Below, piece after piece: positions 33,601 through 40,140 of a stretch of DNA of 40,140 bases. Positions within the stretch are counted from its first letter, which is position 1, and the number at the start of each line of letters is the position of its first letter. The stretch covers positions 1 through 40,140 of IMG/VR virus record IMGVR_UViG_3300027566_000014, one strand, 5' to 3'. The notes beneath the pieces are model-generated. The model was given only the letters and a program-made list of their open reading frames with translations, ran no database searches and was not told where the DNA came from. The stretch is from a virus (lineage: Duplodnaviria > Caudoviricetes). Position numbers and translations under genes: made by a program.

Positions 33601-36280
33601 GTCCATGCAGGATCTTCGCAAGGCTATCGACAACAACTCCCTGGCGGTGGCCCGGGTGGACGACGGGCTTACCAAGATCTCCGGCAGTCTGAAGGATTAC
33701 GGCCAGTGGTTCGCCGATCTGCCGGGGGTAGGCACCAAGGAGGAAAAGTCCACCATCATGGATGCCCTCAACGGTGGCTTCAAGAGCTGGGCCGTGTCCA
33801 CGAAAGACCTCTTCAGCTTCAACATCGGCGAATCGTTGCGGGCCAGCTTCAATGTCGCGTTTCTCGGCTTCGGCCACTCACTGGCCAACGGCCTCTTCGG
33901 CGGCGACCGGAAGATCACCGGCCAGGGGATACAGCTCGGCTACCGGGGCGGCCTGTACGGCGGCCAGTACGCCAACATCCGGACCGACGGCGGCTGGTTT
34001 TCCAGTGACAAGAATTCGACCGTTACCTCGGCGCTCCCGGGAGAGACGGAGCGCATCATCGCAGACACCGTAACCAGGATCAGACAAACCACGCTTACCG
34101 CGGCCCAGGTTTTGGGAACAGGCACGGACGGCATTCTGGCCGCAATACTCCCCCTGGAAAACATCGATCTGCGCAACCTGGACGCCGACGCTGCGTCGAA
34201 AAAGATAGAGGAGTGGATGCAAAAGCTGGCCAACGCCTTTGCCGGCGGCGTTAGTGGACTTGATGCCCTGCGCCAGCCTGGCGAGGAATCGTTTGACGCG
34301 CTGGCCCGTCTCGCCGGCGCGCTCCAGACGGTCAACGAAAAGGCCGAGCTGATCGGCGGCAGGCTGGTAAGTTCGAGTCTCGCAAACGCCGATGCGGCGT
34401 CCAAGCTCATCGATGCCATGGGCGGCGTGGAAAAGTACCAGGACAAGACCGCCAAGTTCTTCGATACCTTCTACACGGATGGTGAGAAGAGCCGGCGCAC
34501 CGCCGAGCAGGCCACACGGCAGATGAACGTCGCCTTCCGCGACATGGGCATGATCGCCCCGACAACCCGCGAAGGGTTCGCCCGGATCGTCGAGGGGCTG
34601 GATATAACCACCGAATCCGGTCGCCGGATGTACGCCGCCATGATGGACATAGCCGATGCGGCGGACAAGGCGTACAAGCACACCGAAGAGCTGATCAAGG
34701 CACAAAAGGAGTCCAATCAGGATTTGACCTTGCGTGAGCTGGCGGTCAACGGCAATGATGCCGCAGCAACGCTCCTGGATCTGGTCTACAAGCAGCAGTC
34801 GGAATTGGCGGACTACCAGGCAAAAGGGCTCGATACGACCCGCCTCCTGACCTTGCAGCAGCTGGAATACGAGCAGGCGGTCAAGGATGTAGCCGAGACG
34901 CTGAAAAGCGCCAGTAACGACATGGCCGCCACGGCGGACAAGATCAAGGAAAAGCTTACCGCGGCCGTCGCCGCCCAGATCAACATTCTCGGCACGCTCA
35001 AGACGCTGCTCGGCGGCGACCTCTCCACCCTTTCACCGGCCGATAAATACGCTCAAATAAGCGCAACCTTCCGCGCCACCGCGGGCCGGGCACAGTTGGG
35101 CGATGTTTCCGCCCTGGAGCAGGTTTCCCAGCTGGCCCAGGACTTCCTCTCATCGTCCCGCGCCTACAACGCCAGCGGTCCGGCCTATGCCAACGACTTT
35201 GCCGCCGTGACCCGGACGCTCGCCGAACTCGCCGGGCTCCCCACCGCGACCGAGATCCAGATTGATGTCGCCCAGAAACAGCTGGAGACGTTGCAGCGTA
35301 TCCACGACCTCATCAGCGCGGGCAATCTGGATCAGGTGCTGGTCAAGGATGTCCTCTCCCAGGAGCAGATGACCGCCATGGAGCAGAAGGGGCTCATCGA
35401 CAAGGGGAACGCGGACCAGCTGACGGTCAAGGACTTGATCTCCAGCGGCAACGTGGACCAGCTCACCTACCTGAAAAGCATCCTCGGCGAGAACAGCGGC
35501 GTCGCCCAGCTCCTCCAGCAGTATCTCCAGGCCGATCAGGCGGCCAAGGATGCAGCGACCCAGGCCGCGACCGACGCCCTGGCTACAGCCGAGGCGGAAA
35601 AGCAACGCCTTGCCGCATTGGCTGCCGCCAGGGATGCACTGTCTGCCGCCCAGTCGGCTTATGGCACCGCCCAGTCGCAGGTAACGGCCGCCCAGGCCGC
35701 CCTGGACGCCGTCATCAACCCGGTCGGGTGGACAAAGGACAGTGCCGGCGCCTGGCATCAGACGGCGGAGGCGACCTCCGACATTCCCCCGTCATCCGGC
35801 ACGTGGTACGACGTGACTGGTGGGGTGCACAAGACGATGGTCAACAACGGCTATATCATCCAGAACCTGAACACCCAGCTGTCGGCGGCACATCTGGCGG
35901 CGGCCAACGCATTGGAGCAGCTGAACGCGGCCCAGTCCGCATACGGCGCCATGCCCCAGTATGCTGACGGCTCGTCGTACATCGCCGGCGACCAGACGGC
36001 CCGGATCCACCACGAGGAAATGGTCGTAGATTCAAAATCGGCCAACGTGCTGCGCAAATACGGCATCCAGGTGAACGGCGGGGGGGGCAACAAGGAAATG
36101 GTCGCGCTCCTGAAATCCATAGATGCCAAGCTCGACCGGCTGGAAAAACTGGAGCAACACGCCGCCGCCGGTGTCAGGGTCCAGGCGGACGGCCTCAACC
36201 GGTTGGTCCGGACCGGCGAGGAGCAGGCAAAGAGTATGGCCGGCATTGAATCCAAGGCGAGACTGGAGGCGGCGGCATGA
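30689..36280 (+). CDS. Tape measure protein (about 1863 aa)
   Basis: Long Ala-rich helical ORF after the chaperones. The MGEDK start is preferred because the upstream part is translated repeat. Confidence 0.9.
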   Translation: MGEDKGKVKLNISLDGVPQVVGGLKEIEGASDSVAGKTEQATGRMAQSNQDLMSSYGSLKTIMTAVAGSYVFTRLISEANSAINAIDSLRISTIQIAAQITTMQGPKNVAEHYAEATKYAGALAVKLQEVDANSFANYQTLLQMAQTMTLQGVVMDVNNKKQVDAFTSLSNAVAMYTAGQNQSVQAHQEIRALMSGEVTQGSQLAMQINDMTKASGLYKNGLKELVAEGKKHGDTLERLAPFLVGINAASGDIATTWQAVTASAATAKFIIESIGFRELYQDAIKFGGEMVANLKTQAEYIGSGIARGWLAVKGILETISILFNQHDGSLRGIIAAARYVVEVTNSWLEGWAFLISTVLPTAAEKFNSIVNILNAVVNMAYAFGGILIDGIMGALQAVSHLSSAIMQILTGDFVGAKNSIAKIFGSDFKAVMDGDLAVVKGTVAAIKEEWGKLKDTSSFNNRFDKFIGRTQQAGGPVTAPVLPPVPGKPEAIDNTAVEEQNKYADFYNKLQEQLIATTPLQEKFDKSIEKARFEFAKMNDEVAPQYRETLKGLQEQVLRNMEVNQELARSSQAQQDSLKKEREEAEKLDQAYARMREHYKQADDLAAIKSNTEDLNIELIQDPGAQQAAQITKQYDDKLQAAQRYARDLKLIEKKTGEDITDRLKANSNLQIAIVMAKNDKLLAAAAEQAQKIRDIQNQTEDINISMIRDPFEQKAAQIEANYQREKQAIEDKIKFLTAANSIEVDQIVSRQKLVEEGIKREFQLRGGPEYAAFLEREKGLDNDKWKSLTANAKKGTAEIAALQSLLTALAMKKDWDLANNSKEAWNSRLMTIASVIDNIGQVLMQGNKDQFEAGKAMAITSTIISTYLGAQQAFTALAGIPIVGPALGVAAAAAAVVSGLARVSQIESQEYQASYAVGSKELPADQIAQVHKGEMIIDASSANVLRKYGINISGAADNYETVAALGPLFGSMQDLRKAIDNNSLAVARVDDGLTKISGSLKDYGQWFADLPGVGTKEEKSTIMDALNGGFKSWAVSTKDLFSFNIGESLRASFNVAFLGFGHSLANGLFGGDRKITGQGIQLGYRGGLYGGQYANIRTDGGWFSSDKNSTVTSALPGETERIIADTVTRIRQTTLTAAQVLGTGTDGILAAILPLENIDLRNLDADAASKKIEEWMQKLANAFAGGVSGLDALRQPGEESFDALARLAGALQTVNEKAELIGGRLVSSSLANADAASKLIDAMGGVEKYQDKTAKFFDTFYTDGEKSRRTAEQATRQMNVAFRDMGMIAPTTREGFARIVEGLDITTESGRRMYAAMMDIADAADKAYKHTEELIKAQKESNQDLTLRELAVNGNDAAATLLDLVYKQQSELADYQAKGLDTTRLLTLQQLEYEQAVKDVAETLKSASNDMAATADKIKEKLTAAVAAQINILGTLKTLLGGDLSTLSPADKYAQISATFRATAGRAQLGDVSALEQVSQLAQDFLSSSRAYNASGPAYANDFAAVTRTLAELAGLPTATEIQIDVAQKQLETLQRIHDLISAGNLDQVLVKDVLSQEQMTAMEQKGLIDKGNADQLTVKDLISSGNVDQLTYLKSILGENSGVAQLLQQYLQADQAAKDAATQAATDALATAEAEKQRLAALAAARDALSAAQSAYGTAQSQVTAAQAALDAVINPVGWTKDSAGAWHQTAEATSDIPPSSGTWYDVTGGVHKTMVNNGYIIQNLNTQLSAAHLAAANALEQLNAAQSAYGAMPQYADGSSYIAGDQTARIHHEEMVVDSKSANVLRKYGIQVNGGGGNKEMVALLKSIDAKLDRLEKLEQHAAAGVRVQADGLNRLVRTGEEQAKSMAGIESKARLEAAA

Positions 36281-38814
36281 TCAGAGTCATTATTTATGCA
36301 GTATTACTGTTGGTCCTGGCCGGTTGCGGTCAGGTTACAGATCAGGCAAAGGAGCAGACCGTGGAACAATACATCTACCTGGTGGAGATCACCGCCTACG
36401 ACCCCGGCATTGCCGGAACACGGGTGCTGCGTTACTGCACCGGCGCGGGGTATACGACCGGCCCGGCCGACACCCAGGCAAATACGTACTACGAGCCGCG
36501 CGTCATCCAGCCCGGCACCATCAAACAGGACATGTTCAGCAACGGCACCACCGGCGGCGCCAGCCGGACCGGCTACGGCGAGATCGTCCTGGCCAACCAG
36601 GACGGGGCGCTGGACGGGCTGCTCAACTACGGCCTGGACGGTCAACAGGTGGTGGTGCGGGGGGGACTTCCCGGCGCAGCGTACCCGGCAGGCTTTGCCG
36701 TGCTTCTGACCGGTACCATGGAGCAGCCTGTCGGGGGCGATCAACTCTCGATCCGGATCCGCGACCGCCAGGCGGAATTGGACGTGCCGATCCAGCCCAC
36801 CAAGTACGCCGGCACCAATGCGCTCCCCGACGGTCTGGAAGGGGTGAGTGATCTGCTGGGGAAGCCGAAGCCTTTGCTTTTCGGTGCCCGTAAGAACATC
36901 TCCCCGGTGCTGGTCAACACCAGCCGGCTGATATATCAGATTAACGACGGTGCTGCTGGAACCGACAACGTCTATGACCAGGGTGTTGCCCTGACCAAGG
37001 GGGCCGACTATGCGAGCCAGTCGGATATGGAGACCAACGCCCCGGCAGCTGGAACCTTCCGCGCCTTTCCCGCCGGCGGCTATTTCCGCCTCGGCTCCTC
37101 ACCGGCCGGGCAGGTTACTGCCGACGCCACCACGGGCGACGTCGCCAACCAGTCCTGCGCCCAGCTCTGCCGGCAGATCGTGCTGCGCCGCCTCACTCCT
37201 GCCGACCTGATCGAACAGGGGTTCATCGACCTGGACAAGGCGAACAACGCCGAGGTCGGGATATACATCGATGGAGAGATGACCGTAGCGGCCGCCCTGG
37301 ACGAGTTATGCCGCTCTGTGGGGGCGTGGTACGGCTTCGACAATCTGGGCAAGTTCCGCATTCAGCGGTTGGAGATCCCGTCCGGCAATCCCATCGCCAC
37401 CCTGACCAACGCCGAGGGCCTCACCGTAGAGCGATTGGCCACCAACGATGCCGGCCGTGGCGTCCCGGCCTATCGCGTAGTGCTTGATTACGACCAGAAC
37501 TGCACCGTGCAAACCTCCGGGTTGGCGGGAAGCGTCCCCGTCGACCGCCGCAACTGGCTCAAGGATCCGTACCGTTCTGTGAAAAGCGAGGATTTAACGG
37601 TCCTGACTCCCCATAAGCTGGCCCCGGAACTGCATTTCACCTCGCGGCTCGCCACCGAAGTAGCAGCGCAGGCCGAGGCCGACCGGCTACAGCTCATGTA
37701 TTCGACCCGCCGCGACCTGTTGGCGGTAAGTTGCCCGGTGGATGTATTGTTATACCCGTCGGGGGGATGGTGGGATGATCTGGCGATTGCTGATATGCCA
37801 TACGGCCGATATTCGCATACCTCTACCATCCATAACGATTATCTGTATCAACTCGGCGGCGCAATCACGGGGGCTGGGGCAGATCAGACCAGTGTTTACC
37901 GTCTGAACCTGCTGAATCCAACGGCAGCCTGGGAGACATCGGGCGTTACCAATCTGCCCGCTGCTCGCACTAATCATGCCTCAGTAATCAATAACGGTTA
38001 CGTCTACCTGATCGGCGGCTCTGTAGGCGCATCGGTAATTCGTCTCGATCTCAATAATCCCAATGGGGCGTGGGACGATGCAGGGGTTACTGATTTACCA
38101 GCGGGCCGCAGCTCGCACATGGCCGTGCTGTATAACAATTATGTCTATGTTGTCGGGGGGGTTATTGCCGGCATAATATCGCCATCGGTAATTCGAGTGG
38201 ATCTGAATAACCCGGCCGGCGCTTGGGATGATGCCGGTGTTACTGATCTACCGGCGGGTCGCTATGATTTCGCGGCGGTGGTGTCACAAGGTTATCTGTA
38301 TGTAATTGGGGGTAACACACCGTCAGGCATCACCGCATCGGTGATGCGTCTCGATCTGAACAATCCTTCCGGCGCGTGGGATGATGTCGGTGTGGCCGAT
38401 TTGCCAATTGCACGGTATAGGCATGAGGCAACGGTTCTTAACGGCAAGATATATGTGGTGGGCGGGACCATTTCCGGCGCGTCATCAAGCTCAGTGGTGC
38501 TCTTGGATACGAATAACCAGGATGCACAATGGGTGGATATGCCCAGCCTGCCCCGCAGCGTGGTTTGGACCCGTTTGGAAACCTATGACAACAACATCCT
38601 TCTAAGTGGTGGATGGAGTTCAGGCGCAGCTGCCAACTCATTTATATACCGCTCTAACGATTCTATTATGGACTGGTCTCGTATCTGGGACCTCGGTCGG
38701 GTAATCAAGCTGAAGATACCCCGTTACGGTTTCGACCTGGGCAAACTGTTTCGGCTGATCGGCACCGAACTTGATCACGCCCTCAACACCATTAAGCTGA
38801 CCTTGTGGGGGTAA
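36277..38814 (+). CDS. Tail tip/hub protein with lipoprotein signal and Kelch insertion
   Basis: LAGC lipobox; GKPKP..FG and LTLWG tail motifs; Kelch GG/W repeats. Confidence 0.8.
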   Translation: MIRVIIYAVLLLVLAGCGQVTDQAKEQTVEQYIYLVEITAYDPGIAGTRVLRYCTGAGYTTGPADTQANTYYEPRVIQPGTIKQDMFSNGTTGGASRTGYGEIVLANQDGALDGLLNYGLDGQQVVVRGGLPGAAYPAGFAVLLTGTMEQPVGGDQLSIRIRDRQAELDVPIQPTKYAGTNALPDGLEGVSDLLGKPKPLLFGARKNISPVLVNTSRLIYQINDGAAGTDNVYDQGVALTKGADYASQSDMETNAPAAGTFRAFPAGGYFRLGSSPAGQVTADATTGDVANQSCAQLCRQIVLRRLTPADLIEQGFIDLDKANNAEVGIYIDGEMTVAAALDELCRSVGAWYGFDNLGKFRIQRLEIPSGNPIATLTNAEGLTVERLATNDAGRGVPAYRVVLDYDQNCTVQTSGLAGSVPVDRRNWLKDPYRSVKSEDLTVLTPHKLAPELHFTSRLATEVAAQAEADRLQLMYSTRRDLLAVSCPVDVLLYPSGGWWDDLAIADMPYGRYSHTSTIHNDYLYQLGGAITGAGADQTSVYRLNLLNPTAAWETSGVTNLPAARTNHASVINNGYVYLIGGSVGASVIRLDLNNPNGAWDDAGVTDLPAGRSSHMAVLYNNYVYVVGGVIAGIISPSVIRVDLNNPAGAWDDAGVTDLPAGRYDFAAVVSQGYLYVIGGNTPSGITASVMRLDLNNPSGAWDDVGVADLPIARYRHEATVLNGKIYVVGGTISGASSSSVVLLDTNNQDAQWVDMPSLPRSVVWTRLETYDNNILLSGGWSSGAAANSFIYRSNDSIMDWSRIWDLGRVIKLKIPRYGFDLGKLFRLIGTELDHALNTIKLTLWG

Positions 38815-38815
38815 C

Positions 38816-39646
38816 ATGGAAAACGTCGCTTTTTTATATCCCGATTATTTCCAGCCCTCGGTTTCATACAGTCCGGTCATTTCCGGCGGATCATGGCAGC
38901 CGACTCTGCCGCTGGTCAACCTGCAATCGCAGCTTCTCTCCAAGCCGGCCCGGTCGACCAACCTCCTGGCGGCCAGCACCAAGCTGGTCGTTGATCTGGG
39001 CGTAGCCCGCCCGGTGGGGATGCTGGCGATCGGCAAGCACAACGGATCATCCGCCGGCACCGTCGTTGCGAAGTTGTCCAACGTTGCCGACTTCAGTGCC
39101 ACCGTGCATACCTCGGCGGCACTTCCTCTCTGGCCCGCCGGCAAGATTGCCGAAGACATGGACGGCTATAACGTCAACTGGTTCTATACCCCTCCTGAAG
39201 GGCTTACGGCGACCCGCTACGTAGAACTCGATTTCAGCGACCCGGCCAACCCGGCAGGCTATCTGGATCTGGCGCGGCTCATGATCGGCGGTAAGTTCCA
39301 GCCTGCCGTGGGGTTCCATTTCGGAGGGGTCAATATCGGGTGGGAGGATCCCACCAAGGTGGACACATCGAAGGGCGGGGTTGACTGGTTCGACATCATG
39401 CAGCCGTTCAGGGTCAAGCGCTTTCAGCTGGACGATCTCTCCGACTCGGAGGCATACGACACGGTGTTCGAGATGCAGCGCCGACTCGGCAAGCACGGCC
39501 AGACATTTATCTCGTTCGACCCGGCCGCCACCGGTTTCCGTCGCTGGCAGCGCTCGTTTCTTTGCACGATGCGGCATCTGTCCCCAATAGAATGGCCCTA
39601 TGCCGGCGGTAACAGCGTGGGGTTTGAAGCCAAGGAAGTGTTGTAA
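38816..39646 (+). CDS. Tail protein (distal-tail-like)
   Basis: LPL.NL...L...ARS, HN.S and D..NP.GY....RL; last gene of the tail operon. Confidence 0.7.
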   Translation: MENVAFLYPDYFQPSVSYSPVISGGSWQPTLPLVNLQSQLLSKPARSTNLLAASTKLVVDLGVARPVGMLAIGKHNGSSAGTVVAKLSNVADFSATVHTSAALPLWPAGKIAEDMDGYNVNWFYTPPEGLTATRYVELDFSDPANPAGYLDLARLMIGGKFQPAVGFHFGGVNIGWEDPTKVDTSKGGVDWFDIMQPFRVKRFQLDDLSDSEAYDTVFEMQRRLGKHGQTFISFDPAATGFRRWQRSFLCTMRHLSPIEWPYAGGNSVGFEAKEVL

Positions 39647-39702
39647 AAGAAGAGGAAGCGGCCGTTTATTCATTTTCTAATTAGAACACAGCACAATCTT
39701 TG

Positions 39703-40014
39703 GCGCATGGTTTGGCAGTAGAATGCTTTGGCAGTAAAGGGTAAAAGTCCCGGAATGGGTTTTAAGAAGGGGCCTTTATGGCATAGTGGGATATGGCCAA
39801 CATCGAATTTTGCCGCTACAAGGCAATTTAGAGCGTCAGTGAAATTTCGCCGCCGAAAAGGGGCGGGAAAAGACCGATAATAATGACTTCCAATATCAAT
39901 TATATGGAGGGGTTTTAAAAGGTAGTTAAACAGGCTTTAAATTCTCCGGTTTTTTGAAGCAGTTCTACTACCAAACTGAGCGCGAACCACTGCCTAAGCA
40001 AATGCGCCGCAACA
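39703..40014. repeat. Right end with putative transposase-binding sites
   Basis: Direct copies at 39703-39720 (17/18 match to 238-255) and 39727-39736; inverted copies at 39966-39986 and 39989-40008. Confidence 0.75.
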
Positions 40015-40140
40015 GCGGTCGCAGAATATCAATCACACCAGTTACTATGTCGCGTACTTTACATAATATATCTTATGCGACGTTGTGGGTGGTTGTGACG
40101 GAGTCATCATCATCATCATCTTCGGCGGCGGCACTCAGCT

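Larger units (their letters stand above)
105..40014 (+). mobile_element. Mu-like transposable (pro)phage, complete, siphovirus-type tail
   Basis: DDE transposase plus AAA ATPase, ner, gemA, mor and Mu-type portal/gpF/gpG/gpI/gpT. The TG(105) and CA(40014) termini each lie the same distance from an AGGCAGT end motif. Confidence 0.93.

Noticed and set aside
33515-38670. Diversity-generating retroelement from the TMP or Kelch repeats
   Set aside because: No reverse transcriptase, and the differences are not adenine-specific.
160-40038. GTGTGATT/AATCACAC inverted repeat as the phage termini
   Set aside because: There is no target duplication and the spacing to the GGCAGT motifs is unequal; 105/40014 align without gaps.
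104-40109. TTGTGACG-like direct repeat at 104 and 40093 as att sites
   Set aside because: No integrase is present, the match is short and imperfect, and transposition explains the ends.

Overview
The window holds a complete Mu-like transposable phage of about 39.9 kb with a non-contractile (sipho-type) tail. Its most likely termini are TG at 105 and CA at 40014, with about 100 nt of non-matching flank on each side. Gene order: exported moron and CI-like repressor, ner, transposase A/B, early accessory genes, gemA, mor/C activator, a c4-type antisense RNA/rha module, lysis, a displaced fibre/baseplate-like module, terminase, portal, head and tail. An HgtR-like protein suggests a Geobacter-like host (inference). 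Most notable observations: (1) an integrase-less array of integron attC sites on the minus strand at 9580-10596, with perfectly complementary cassette cores, supplies accessory genes to the early operon; (2) several structural-module genes carry Sec or lipoprotein signal peptides, including a tail protein with a possible dual start and an inserted Kelch propeller; (3) a full P1/P4-type c4 antisense system; (4) several families of miniature palindromic repeats, some translated inside proteins. All product calls come from motif recognition and synteny, not from database searches.
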